Sequence record: ON075799
Source: Escherichia phage vB_EcoM_TH18
DNA: 64,000 bases
Reading direction: 5' to 3' (one strand)
Below are positions 16,862 through 25,686 of this stretch, in pieces. The translations under genes were made by a program, and so were the position numbers. The number at the start of each line of letters is the position of its first letter. The stretch's first letter is position 1. The notes under the pieces are model-generated. The model was not told the DNA's origin. It did no database searches and saw only the letters and a list, made by a program, of their open reading frames with translations.

Positions 16862-17212
16862 ATGACTAATATTGCAGAAGCTTTTCAAAAAGCTATCGAA
16901 AATAAAAACGCTGAGTTGTCTTTAACTTCTCTGGATTTTACGGATGTGTACGGTAACACTTATTTTGTTTATGAGCTTGCTTTTACTTGTCCTGAGTTAA
17001 AAACATGGGAAACGTTGCATAAATCTCGCGAGCTGCAATATGGTTATGGCGATCATGTTCTTCATGTTGCAATGAAAGACCTTTCAACTATCGCCGAGGT
17101 AAAATCTGAGGCCGCATATATTACCCGTTGGGCGCATGACAACGGCTTAAAAATTAGTGTCAACAAGCGCACCAATTGCCGGAAAAAAGATTTAAAACAG
17201 TTTATCGCTTGA
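16862..17212 (+). CDS. hypothetical protein (116 aa)
   Basis: Ribosome-binding site AAGAGGTAAAT. Confidence 0.55.
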   Translation: MTNIAEAFQKAIENKNAELSLTSLDFTDVYGNTYFVYELAFTCPELKTWETLHKSRELQYGYGDHVLHVAMKDLSTIAEVKSEAAYITRWAHDNGLKISVNKRTNCRKKDLKQFIA

Positions 17213-17237
17213 TCCTGTTAATCATCTTGGTGGTTGT

Positions 17238-17588
17238 ATGATTCAGTTTTATATAATCATCGCGGCGCTTGCAATTTACTTAGGATTGCACAAAAAAGTA
17301 TTCAGGTTAATTCTCTGGTTTTATTACGAGTACAGGATCAGAATGGTTTTCCATTATATTGAATACTCTTTCCACGGTGAGAGATACCACACAAGGAGAT
17401 CCGGCCCATTAAATGATCTTGAGGGAAACGGTTTAATCTGTGAGGTTAAAAAGCGTGGCGGGAAAATTCTTTACCACAAAGAGGGCACTTTTGATTATAT
17501 TGATGAGGTGATTAATTTTAGGCAACAAGCCGTAAAAGATCACGCAAGCAAAATAATCAACGGCAGCTATAAACGCAAAGCGGGGTAA
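17238..17588 (+). CDS. hypothetical protein with N-terminal transmembrane segment (116 aa)
   Basis: Hydrophobic N-terminus IIIAALAIYLGL. Confidence 0.5.
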   Translation: MIQFYIIIAALAIYLGLHKKVFRLILWFYYEYRIRMVFHYIEYSFHGERYHTRRSGPLNDLEGNGLICEVKKRGGKILYHKEGTFDYIDEVINFRQQAVKDHASKIINGSYKRKAG

Positions 17589-17589
17589 T

Positions 17590-17772
17590 ATGCGGAATTT
17601 TGAAAAAATTGTTAAAGCTAATCGCCTGGAATACGGGGAAACAGACGAAAAACGGGAACGGGTAGGCAAACGCCACAAGCCTAAAAAGGTTCCTAAATTG
17701 TGGTGCCCTGATAAATACGACCACAAATTAAAACAACGCATCGCTGAAAAACAGCGATTAAATGCAAGATAA
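17590..17772 (+). CDS. hypothetical basic protein (60 aa)
   Basis: Lys/Arg-rich ORF followed directly by a terminator. Confidence 0.45.
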   Translation: MRNFEKIVKANRLEYGETDEKRERVGKRHKPKKVPKLWCPDKYDHKLKQRIAEKQRLNAR

Positions 17773-17779
17773 CAGACAA

Positions 17780-17803
17780 GGCCGGAACTATCCGGCCTTT
17801 TTA
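17780..17803 (+). terminator. rho-independent terminator (ggccggaactatccggcc + TTTTT)
   Basis: GC-rich hairpin immediately followed by a T-run. Confidence 0.7.
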
Positions 17804-17991
17804 GCACCTAGTAGCGCCTGTAACGATTAAAAAGGCCAACGGTGGCATGATGCACCACAAAATAAAATAGCTCGTTAGAGAGTGTTTTAGAGGCCTTAAA
17901 ATCGATCCGAAAAATATCTATAAAAATGCTTGCAATGCTTTCCCGCTATCGTTATAGTGTTCCCAACAAGCAAGCAAACGAGGTAACGGCA

Positions 17992-18129
17992 ATGATTGAG
18001 ATTCTTAAAAATCCTATTTTGTGTGGTATGGTTGTTTCTGTGTCACTTCCGATCGTGCTGTTAGTCGTTAGCGAAATAGATGATTTTATTTTCAATAAAA
18101 GACTTGCCAACAAGTCAAAAACAAATTAA
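17992..18129 (+). CDS. small membrane protein (45 aa)
   Basis: Promoter TTGCAA-17-TATAGT upstream; ribosome-binding site CGAGGTAA; hydrophobic core. Confidence 0.35.
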   Translation: MIEILKNPILCGMVVSVSLPIVLLVVSEIDDFIFNKRLANKSKTN

Positions 18130-18166
18130 TATAGTACCAACATACTAACTAGCGAGGTGATTTAAT

Positions 18167-18385
18167 ATGTTTGGTTTTATTGTTCTATCTTGTTCTCTTT
18201 CTGTTACTGCTGCAAAGGTAGAATGTAACTACACTGTAAAAGAGACTTTTAATGATGAAAAGTCTTGCAATGTATACGAAAATAATTATAAACTAGGAGA
18301 CGGGGAGCAGTTCGGGATCTGTGATGAATTAAAGGACGGTATCAAGAAAGGCGATAAGCGCCCGATCTTGGTCCTGAAAAAATAA
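18167..18385 (+). CDS. small secreted or periplasmic protein (72 aa, signal-peptide-like N-terminus, 4 Cys)
   Basis: N-terminal hydrophobic segment ending in AAK; ribosome-binding site GCGAGGTGAT. Confidence 0.5.
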   Translation: MFGFIVLSCSLSVTAAKVECNYTVKETFNDEKSCNVYENNYKLGDGEQFGICDELKDGIKKGDKRPILVLKK

Positions 18386-18426
18386 TTTTTCTAATCATGT
18401 TGATCAATTTTTAAGAGGTGAATAAA

Positions 18427-18714
18427 ATGTTTGAAGTTTTCGCGGGTATGTGTTTTTATACAGCTTTGGCAATTCGTCAGTGTGATGATTATATCGTTGA
18501 ATCATACGATGATCAGCTGACTTGCGAAATAGTCGCTAATGACTACGGCAAAAAAGATCGCTGGATTAATCCGGCTTGCATACCATCCCCAGAGGTAGAA
18601 GCCATGCCGGAAGGGGAAGAGGTATCAGATCCAGTTGTGGCGGTATCCTCCTTTTTCGTTGACAACCTGGACGCCCAAGAATTGATCGACATGTATGTAA
18701 AAAATCAAAAATAA
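18427..18714 (+). CDS. hypothetical protein (95 aa)
   Basis: Ribosome-binding site AAGAGGTGAAT before the ATG at 18427. Confidence 0.5.
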   Translation: MFEVFAGMCFYTALAIRQCDDYIVESYDDQLTCEIVANDYGKKDRWINPACIPSPEVEAMPEGEEVSDPVVAVSSFFVDNLDAQELIDMYVKNQK

Positions 18715-18716
18715 CG

Positions 18717-18754
18717 CTTGACGTTGATTTGTGCCGCTTTATAATAGGCGGCAT
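18717..18754 (+). promoter_or_regulatory. sigma70 promoter TTGACG-17-(T)ATAAT with the -10 inside the palindrome tgccgc...gcggca
   Basis: Hexamers plus a 6-bp inverted repeat flanking the -10. Confidence 0.5.
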
Positions 18755-18804
18755 AGGCAAGCGAAAGCGGATATAAATCTTAAACAAGTTAAGAGAGGTA
18801 AATC

Positions 18805-19125
18805 ATGGAACAAGCGAATAAATTTTTCTTTCTGGCTGGGATCGTGGATAATGTGAAATGTGATTTCAAGCGTGAAAATGATAAGACGTTACTCACTTTC
18901 TGCGATATGCTTGATCATGAGAATGCCGACACGTTACGAATCGAGATCCGCACGATAACCAATATCGACAATTTAAGCCGTTTAATTTATAAATCTCATT
19001 CTATAGCCTACAACCTGGAAACATCAACAAGCTGCCTCCAACAAGGAGAGAGCTTGCCCATTCTAAATAGTGCCGATGTATTTGGCGCGGTTGTTGCAAT
19101 TGTAAATGATGTTTTTTCTCGTTGA
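18805..19125 (+). CDS. hypothetical protein (106 aa)
   Basis: Ribosome-binding site AGAGAGGTAAAT. Confidence 0.5.
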   Translation: MEQANKFFFLAGIVDNVKCDFKRENDKTLLTFCDMLDHENADTLRIEIRTITNIDNLSRLIYKSHSIAYNLETSTSCLQQGESLPILNSADVFGAVVAIVNDVFSR

Positions 19126-19263
19126 TTGGTGTTAATATTATGTTAGAGAATATTGTGTTCTTGTGTGGTGTCGTTCTTGCTGTTGTGGTTGGCCTCCTGG
19201 CGACGATGGCGAATATTGTGATCTCAAACAACCTGGCAGGGTAAAAATTTTTAAAAATAGTAT

Positions 19264-19291
19264 TGACATACTTGCGGCATATGGTATTATT
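19264..19291 (+). promoter_or_regulatory. sigma70 promoter (TTGACA-16/17-TATTAT) with repeated AT-rich upstream element
   Basis: The upstream A/T tract plus -35 nearly duplicates 14199-14226. Confidence 0.6.
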
Positions 19292-19341
19292 TACCACATG
19301 AAGGGGCAAGATTGACTTGCCTCACTAACGAAAGGTAAATA

Positions 19342-19611
19342 ATGATGAACATTTCTAAAACTACTTTTAACTTTGCTAAAAAGCGCGGTATTGAGCTTGA
19401 GCTGATCGAAGCGGATGATCGCTTGGTCCTGGCTTTTTATGAGGCTAAAAATGAATGTGAATGGATGTTCTCTTATAATGTTAATCATGATTGCCTAACA
19501 TGGCGCGGCAATATCTATCTTTCAAACGAAGTAAAAGAGGAGTTACCCGCCACGATCACGACTGAGAAAAAACTACGTGAGGTTATTGATTTCATCTCTA
19601 AAAATATCTAA
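19342..19611 (+). CDS. hypothetical protein (89 aa)
   Basis: Ribosome-binding site GAAAGGTAAAT. Confidence 0.5.
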   Translation: MMNISKTTFNFAKKRGIELELIEADDRLVLAFYEAKNECEWMFSYNVNHDCLTWRGNIYLSNEVKEELPATITTEKKLREVIDFISKNI

Positions 19612-19658
19612 GATTACATGAAAAGGGGCGAAAGCCCCTACCGAAGAAGGTAATAAAA

Positions 19659-19883
19659 ATGGATAAAGTAACAAAGATTGAGCATGAGGTAATTGACTTG
19701 GCACGGGCCAACAAGCCATTTGATAAGATTTATTCTAAGGAGAATAAAGAGATCTTGAAAGACCTAACGCAAGGTCAAAAAGATGGCTTGCGCCGCTTAT
19801 ATCGTGAGGCGTATGACTATTTTCGTTGGTGGGAAATAGAAGAGGCTAACGCGAAAATAGAAGGCCTAGAAAATTTAGTATAA
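19659..19883 (+). CDS. hypothetical protein (74 aa)
   Basis: Ribosome-binding site GAAGGTAAT; preceded by hairpin gggcgaaagcccc. Confidence 0.5.
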   Translation: MDKVTKIEHEVIDLARANKPFDKIYSKENKEILKDLTQGQKDGLRRLYREAYDYFRWWEIEEANAKIEGLENLV

Positions 19884-19936
19884 AAGTAGTTGACTTTTAG
19901 TTATGCCGTGATAGAATGCACGGCATAGATAAGAGA
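19883..19936 (+). promoter_or_regulatory. 54-bp repeated promoter/operator element, copy 2
   Basis: Direct repeat of 15650-15703 with one mismatch. Confidence 0.6.
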
Positions 19937-19978
19937 GACGGCACAAGCCATTGATTAAACTTAAAGAGGTAAATTATT

Positions 19979-20380
19979 ATGAATACTTACAAAACTGTTT
20001 TTAATTTCGACAATTTCAAAGCTATCTGCGACGACCAGATCGGCAAGTGCCGTAAAGAAAAAGGATTCTATAAATCTTATAAGTTGATTGCGGTTGTTGA
20101 TGAAGAGATCACCGAAGTGGCAACGCTCAACCTGTACCACACTAACGCTACTAATTACGCTTGCTTATGGATGCACTGGGCCAATATTAAAGGTTGGGAT
20201 CATGGCTATGTTGGCGGGAAAGCAAGCGGATACGGTTACAACAGGGAGGAGGCCGCGATCCATGTCGCAGCTAATAAACTCGGTATCACTGGCAACTGGT
20301 TTAACGGTGAACAATTGTTAGATGCAATGGCACGTAATTTTGATATGAAAGGCGCGAAGGTTATCTGCTGCAACGCGTGA
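19979..20380 (+). CDS. hypothetical protein (133 aa)
   Basis: Ribosome-binding site AAAGAGGTAAAT. Confidence 0.55.
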   Translation: MNTYKTVFNFDNFKAICDDQIGKCRKEKGFYKSYKLIAVVDEEITEVATLNLYHTNATNYACLWMHWANIKGWDHGYVGGKASGYGYNREEAAIHVAANKLGITGNWFNGEQLLDAMARNFDMKGAKVICCNA

Positions 20381-20427
20381 TCACTCAATAGCGGGGAATA
20401 TTCCCCGCTTATAGATAGGGCATAATC

Positions 20428-20886
20428 ATGATTTACGATCTTAAATATTACGACGAATTGAGTATTGCAGCACAATTAACCGCCCGTGTCAATATTATAG
20501 CAGACCTGGAAAATCACCATAGAAAGCGCATAGTCCAGACTATAGCCAGTTTTAAAAATGATCCTCATAAAGTGATTAATGACACGAAGCACATTCAACG
20601 CCTCATAAACGGCGCAAAGACGCTTTATAGTGTACGTCATTACGGGGATGATTACCTTATAAAGTTTATTCGTGATAATCGTTTGATCTTTACCCCTGGT
20701 GGTAGCTATATAACCTATAGCGACGGCTTTATGATGATTATTGGAGGTAAGGAATACACCCCCACGGCCTCACAACAAAAAGCATTGAGAGAGCTTTATA
20801 TAGCCATTAATGAGCGTGGTCAATCATATCATGATTGGTTATATAGAATGCACCACAAAATAAAAATTTTTATGATTCCCGCTTGA
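20428..20886 (+). CDS. hypothetical protein (152 aa)
   Basis: ORF preceded by hairpin ggggaatattcccc. Confidence 0.55.
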   Translation: MIYDLKYYDELSIAAQLTARVNIIADLENHHRKRIVQTIASFKNDPHKVINDTKHIQRLINGAKTLYSVRHYGDDYLIKFIRDNRLIFTPGGSYITYSDGFMMIIGGKEYTPTASQQKALRELYIAINERGQSYHDWLYRMHHKIKIFMIPA

Positions 20887-20964
20887 CACCTACATAAAAA
20901 CGCCTTATTATCTATCTCATAAGGCGGGGAGCGGTTCCCCGCCACACTTAAGAGGTAAATAATC

Positions 20965-21354
20965 ATGCGTAACCTGGTTCATGTTTCCAACGTTGAAAAA
21001 TTCCAATCTTTACAGGCTATCGTAAACGATACAGCGCCTTTTATCGTTAAAGGCTTGATTGCCAGAATGCAACAGAAAAAACCTGAAATCTGGGCTAATT
21101 ATTGCCTTGATAATGATGATCAGGCTGCCGCTTTCATGGTTGGCGAACTGCTGGGAAGTGTAGGGAACATGCTACCGGAAAACATCGCAGAAGAGATCAC
21201 CTACCGTTATAATATGGCGATAACTTATCAGGAAGTCGCACAATTTAACCTGATGGATGACGACGAACAACAGGATCAGGAAATTTTCTGGGAGTATGCC
21301 GACCGCCAAGCCGTTTTTGATGAGCGGTTAGAGATGTACTATAACGAATGGTAA
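20965..21354 (+). CDS. hypothetical acidic protein (129 aa)
   Basis: Promoter TTGACA-17-TATTAT at 20883-20911; ribosome-binding site TAAGAGGTAAAT. Confidence 0.55.
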   Translation: MRNLVHVSNVEKFQSLQAIVNDTAPFIVKGLIARMQQKKPEIWANYCLDNDDQAAAFMVGELLGSVGNMLPENIAEEITYRYNMAITYQEVAQFNLMDDDEQQDQEIFWEYADRQAVFDERLEMYYNEW

Positions 21355-21359
21355 TAAAC

Positions 21360-21389
21360 AGGCCGCTAATATGCGGCCTTTAATTTTTC
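21360..21389 (+). terminator. rho-independent terminator (aggccgc-taatat-gcggcct + T-run)
   Basis: Hairpin followed by TTTAATTTTT. Confidence 0.65.
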
Positions 21390-21450
21390 TATTGACAATA
21401 TCGCACTAACCTTTAAAATGTTCTTTGTTAAGTATCTTTAAAGGTGTAAC

Positions 21451-21630
21451 ATGTTCCAATCAATCATTGATATTCTATCAGTCGCTAATAACGTGATGAA
21501 CGTAATTACAATGATTAAACTTGTTGCGTGGTTTGTTTCCGGGGATTATCGCTATATTAAATGGCGCAAGCCAACCATAAAAGACGTAGTGAAGATCTCA
21601 TTTGAAGCAATGACAGAATATTATCTATAA
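21451..21630 (+). CDS. hypothetical small protein (59 aa; below the ORF-track cutoff)
   Basis: Promoter TTGACA-16-TAAAAT at 21393-21420, ribosome-binding site AAAGGTG, and an open frame translated by hand. Confidence 0.35.
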   Translation: MFQSIIDILSVANNVMNVITMIKLVAWFVSGDYRYIKWRKPTIKDVVKISFEAMTEYYL

Positions 21631-21986
21631 CGATTATTTTTTGTTGACATCCAAAAGATTTTTCAATACCATTGATCACATAAGGGCGGCAATGATGCTG
21701 CCCACAACTGAAAGAGAAATCACCATGGCGCTTAAAAAACTAACAAGTAATACACGTTGGGATGAAATCGGCGGGGAAGTATACATTTTTACCCGTAAAC
21801 CAGGTGACCAAAAATGATCAAAGGCTTTTACTTGCCACCCTGCAACCATAGACCTGATAAAAAGGGAAGGTTTACGCGAAGCAGTAGCAAGAAGTTTACT
21901 GATCCCTTATAAAAAATAGTTTGAAATTAATTTCACTATTGATAAAATATTATATAAAACTTTAACCTAAAAAGGGGTAAATTAAT

Positions 21987-22187
21987 ATGAAACGTTTTAC
22001 TTATGGTGTGGTTGATGGTTATGTATCTAACCGTTTTTACAATACCGAGCGTGGTGCTAAAAATGCGGCTACCCGTGAACATGGCAATAGTGTAAATTTA
22101 CAAGTTGGCTATATTAGCAAAATTAGCGGTATGTTTATTCCGGTTGCTCAACGCGGCATGTATTGCATAAACTGGATGCCAATGTAA
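21987..22187 (+). CDS. hypothetical protein (66 aa)
   Basis: Ribosome-binding site AAAAGGGGTAAAT. Confidence 0.5.
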   Translation: MKRFTYGVVDGYVSNRFYNTERGAKNAATREHGNSVNLQVGYISKISGMFIPVAQRGMYCINWMPM

Positions 22188-22202
22188 AAAGGAGTAATAA
22201 AA

Positions 22203-22394
22203 ATGGATGTATCACAAGTTAGAAAGGTATTAGCAGCGTTACGCTATCACAATCATAGCAAGGTGAAGAATGATCCTGATTATGTTGATTCAAGTCTGGA
22301 GGAAGACACCTTGCAAGCTATAAGCCATATGCAGGAATTGCTTAAGCGTATGACAGAGAAGAACAGATCTGACTATATAGGTGACGAGATCTAA
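22203..22394 (+). CDS. hypothetical protein (63 aa)
   Basis: Ribosome-binding site AAAGGAGTAAT. Confidence 0.5.
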   Translation: MDVSQVRKVLAALRYHNHSKVKNDPDYVDSSLEEDTLQAISHMQELLKRMTEKNRSDYIGDEI

Positions 22395-22490
22395 TCTTTA
22401 CAATCTCGCCTATTGACACCGGATCACGCTTACATTATTATCTATCTTGTAGGGCAAGCAATACCGCAAGCCCACAAAGAGGACAATAAA

Positions 22491-22859
22491 ATGAGCAAAT
22501 CAGCAATTAAAGCACTTGAAAAAGCGCAAAAAGTGATCGCTACTTCCACCACTGGCGCAAGTATTAATCTGATCGCTTACTTGGAAGATGAAACTATCCG
22601 TAAAAATTGGCGTAATACTGATTTGCTGGCTTGCTTATTGATTAATAGTGTTGCTAATGCTTTCCAGTGTGAAACAGCCGAGAGCCTGGAAGAAAACTTG
22701 TTTGACAATATGGATCAAGCCATTGAAACCTATATCCAATCAAATCTGGATAGCTGGAACAGTAAAACATGGCCCGACAGCTTACGCGATACAACTGACC
22801 AACTGATCCGCCTTGCGGTGATGGTTGAACGCGATAACGTTTACAGCCGCACAAAGTAA
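22491..22859 (+). CDS. hypothetical protein (122 aa from internal ATG)
   Basis: Promoter TTGACA-17-TATTAT at 22415-22443; ribosome-binding site AAGAGGA before the ATG at 22491. Confidence 0.55.
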   Translation: MSKSAIKALEKAQKVIATSTTGASINLIAYLEDETIRKNWRNTDLLACLLINSVANAFQCETAESLEENLFDNMDQAIETYIQSNLDSWNSKTWPDSLRDTTDQLIRLAVMVERDNVYSRTK

Positions 22860-22867
22860 GATAGTAC

Positions 22868-22897
22868 AAAGGGCGCTTAATGCGCCCTTTCTTTTTG
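22868..22897 (+). terminator. rho-independent terminator (aagggcgc-ttaa-tgcgccctt + T-run); end of the plus-strand module
   Basis: Hairpin followed by TCTTTTTG. Confidence 0.7.
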
Positions 22898-22929
22898 CCC
22901 TAACAAACATGATAAGTTTTATCTATCAA

Positions 22930-23230
22930 AACACCACACAGAAAGAAAGTGAATAAAACGCGGTATCGAGCTAAACGAGGGTGGGCAATACAACGGCAAG
23001 GCTAAACAATTAAGGCTGTTATAACGCGATTTAGGCCGCTTAAAATCGATCCCCACCACAAACAACACCCACAAAATGACCAAAACGACACAACATGACT
23101 TAAATGATAACCATTCCCAACAACATAAGCATTTTTATGCAATTTGAGTGAATATCTATTTAAATGATAATGACTCTCAACAACAAACTAACACGACCGA
23201 AGCGATTCAATCGCCTACCACAAAATTAAT
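22930..23230. repeat. C/A-rich, G-poor tract with repeated CACCACA(C)A motifs and a 28-bp imperfect direct repeat (about 23098 and 23158)
   Basis: Motifs read from sequence; reverse-complement orientation of the TGTGTGG motifs at 24044-25283. Confidence 0.5.
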
Positions 23231-23284
23231 CACTTGTAAAGAGTAATTTGAAAAAAGCTGCGTAGGTGGCGCGACCGTAGGGAG

Positions 23285-23361
23285 CGACACAATAACGCAG
23301 TAGTAGCCCCTCACCCCTCCTTCCAGTCGCCCCCGGTATCGGGGCAGCGTTATTGTGTCGC
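23285..23361. repeat. 15-bp perfect inverted repeat (gcgacacaataacgc / gcgttattgtgtcgc) around a 47-nt C-rich loop
   Basis: Exact reverse-complement match read from the sequence. Confidence 0.8.
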
Positions 23362-23373
23362 TAAGCGACAACG

Positions 23374-23437
23374 CGTTAACAATTTTGCAAGATTTTATTA
23401 ATACTTTAACTGTTATAATTTTATTGCAAAATTGTTA
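23374..23437. repeat. 16-bp perfect inverted repeat (gttaacaattttgcaa / ttgcaaaattgttaac), 32-bp spacer
   Basis: Exact reverse-complement match read from the sequence. Confidence 0.8.
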
Positions 23438-23444
23438 ACCTACT

Positions 23445-23555
23445 GCGTTATTGTGTCACGTAGTGATTAGTTACATATGTAACTAACAGCTATCACTGCA
23501 AAATTGTGTCACGTAGTGATTAGCTGAGAATCAGCTAACCCGTAAAACGGGCTAA
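23445..23555. repeat. direct repeat ATTGTGTCACGTAGTGATTAG (two copies), each followed by a palindrome (ttagttacatatgtaactaa; agctgagaatcagct), then cccgtaaaacggg
   Basis: Exact repeats and palindromes read from the sequence. Confidence 0.75.
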
Positions 23556-23799
23556 ATTGTGTCCGGTACGGATGAGATAATCTCTCATTAATCCCCGATT
23601 ATTACGCAGTAAATCACCATGAATCACCTGTTTTTAACCCTGTTATTGTGTTCTTGCCCAGGGATAACCGCTTACTATGCGGTTAAATGCTGTATAGTCG
23701 CTACGCGATTAAGCGCGATGCGCTTAACCTGCAAAGCAGGCTTCTAAGTGCCTGAAATGCCAGATCAATTTGGTCACTGCGTGATCATGATTGCGACAA

Positions 23800-23995
23800 T
23801 AATTTGCTTATGATTTGCTATTTATTTGTTTGTAGTTGGTTATAGTTGTTATGGTTTGTTTGTTAATAGTTGCTATAATTTTGCTTTATTTGATTTTATT
23901 TGTTAAACACCCTTTTATCATTCCTCTTACATTTTCGCAATATTTATTTTTGTTATCGTTTTCCCTCATTTCATTTCGTTATTGAAAACAAGAAT
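23800..23995. repeat. AT-rich tract of short phased T/G-rich repeats (GTTAT, TTTGTT)
   Basis: Composition; possible DNA-unwinding or bending element. Confidence 0.4.
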
Positions 23996-24043
23996 TATTA
24001 TCAATGCGCCTTAACAGGCTGACAGGTCTGTTAGTGGGCTAGC

Positions 24044-25283
24044 TCTCTGTGTGGTTATGTGTCGGCTGTTATTGTTAGCTTGCTTATTGTTGTGTGGTGT
24101 ATGTACCAGTTAACTAGTACATTGTGTGGTGCGCATAACGTGTATTATGTTAAATCGCTAAGCCCACAAATCAGGTGACTTGTCAATAACAATAAGTGCT
24201 GTGTGCGGTAGGTCTGACCTATCAGTGTGCCCCTTTGTTGTGTGGTGCTTCCAATGGCTGGTCTGCCTGCTGTCTGTGCTGCGTCAGGAATCGAGGGGAC
24301 TCGATCGCAATAGCTGTAAGATATTTTGTAAAGATTCGTAGTTTTTCTTGACACCCACAATCGTCTGCCTAACCCTTCAGAGATAAATACTTCAGAGATT
24401 TATCTGGGCTTTTTACCCTTCAGGTATAGAGACGTGTGTTTTATCCCTCACTTCTGAGATAAAGCCGTAGATATTTTCACTCTTCACATCATGTGCAAGT
24501 TAATACATGTATGTCTTTACAGACGGGGTGGGGTAACAATCAGGAAGTGGTCTGGCAGTGATAACGCACTGGATAAAAGCTCTGTGTGGATTGTCGATGA
24601 TATTTGTGTGTGTGGGAAATGCTGATAGGCAAGAGATAAGACACTTGTCTCCGGCAGGGGTGGGGTGTGGAAAAGAAATGGGCCTGTCCGACCCATTGTG
24701 TTACAGAGATGAAACGCCTATCTCACCATTGACCAGGTAAGCCAATATCAAGGCCAAATTCGTGACATTCATCCCAGTCAAGACTTTGATTCCAGTTTGT
24801 AACTGTTTGCTCTGTGTGGTGGGTGTGTGATGCTCTCTGTGACTGCTTGGGCATCTTTTTTGTCTGGGATTTCCCGAAGAGAGGTGTGTTGTCATTAAGT
24901 CTTCCGGCAGCCTTTTCACCCTTTTTGACTTGTCTCCCACGGGCATTCCACTGCTCCAGTGTCCTGTAACACATAAAATGATTCTCCTGTAATATCTGGT
25001 GTGGGAATGATAGTGGAGAATGTCAGTCGTGTCAAGTAGGTTGCTCAGAGGCGCTATTATAAAAATTTTTTGGTGGCTTTCTGGGGCTTGTTGTGGGACT
25101 GTAAACAAGCTGTGGAGCCAGATGTGACGGGGCTTTCAGCCATGTTGTGTGTTGATAGCAAATAAGGATAAAATAATCAATATAAATGCGGATAAATGTT
25201 GTTTTATTGCGGTTGTGTGACTAGTGTGTCAATTCTTGATAGGCTATGTCTTGTACATATTTTGTACAATTGTGTGGTGTGTG
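24044..25283. repeat. dispersed same-orientation TGTGTGG(T)(G) motif, at least 7 copies
   Basis: Copies at about 24044, 24087, 24121, 24235, 24580, 24810 and 25268; no convincing ORFs in the region. Confidence 0.6.
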
Positions 25284-25365
25284 GAGTTTGGGTGGCAATT
25301 CCCCAGACGGGGTAGGGTAGGTTATGGTGGGGAGCAGGGGCATGGTTAGCCCCATATGATCAGGG

Positions 25366-25683
25366 TTATGCGTCTGTTTGTTTGAACTGGTCTTTTGAAC
25401 GTATTATATAGCTGCATCCGTATTTTCTTAGCCAGACAAGTTCCCATGGACTATCACTCAGGTTCTTCCTGTTTATCTCTTTTAGCTGGGCAACCGCATC
25501 GTCCCATGATGTGACTTCGAGATAACCGATAAGACAGTCCTCTCCAAAATCTCCGTAATCAAATGTGCATCTGACCTTGGCGATAAACTCTGTTTGTGGG
25601 CTTGTTGGTTTTACAAAAGCCCGGTGAAAGATTTGTTCTGTGCAGTGCTCATTAACCCATCTGATTTGTGTGGTCATAATCAC
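25366..25683 (-). CDS. hypothetical protein (105 aa); last gene of the leftward block
   Basis: ORF; hairpin ggggctaaccatgcccc downstream. Confidence 0.5.
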   Translation of the reverse strand: MIMTTQIRWVNEHCTEQIFHRAFVKPTSPQTEFIAKVRCTFDYGDFGEDCLIGYLEVTSWDDAVAQLKEINRKNLSDSPWELVWLRKYGCSYIIRSKDQFKQTDA

Positions 25684-25686
25684 CCC

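Noticed and set aside
24145-25108. ORFs 24145-24360, 24558-24740, 24701-25108 and 24723-24974 in the repeat-rich zone
   Set aside because: Low-complexity translations of TGTGTGG repeats, mutually overlapping, no ribosome-binding sites or promoters; region treated as non-coding.
22930-25350. Identification of the TGTGTGG or ATTGTGTC motifs as DnaA boxes or Chi sites
   Set aside because: Only loose resemblance (one TGTGGATTG is near the DnaA-box complement; none matches GCTGGTGG); not enough to name them.
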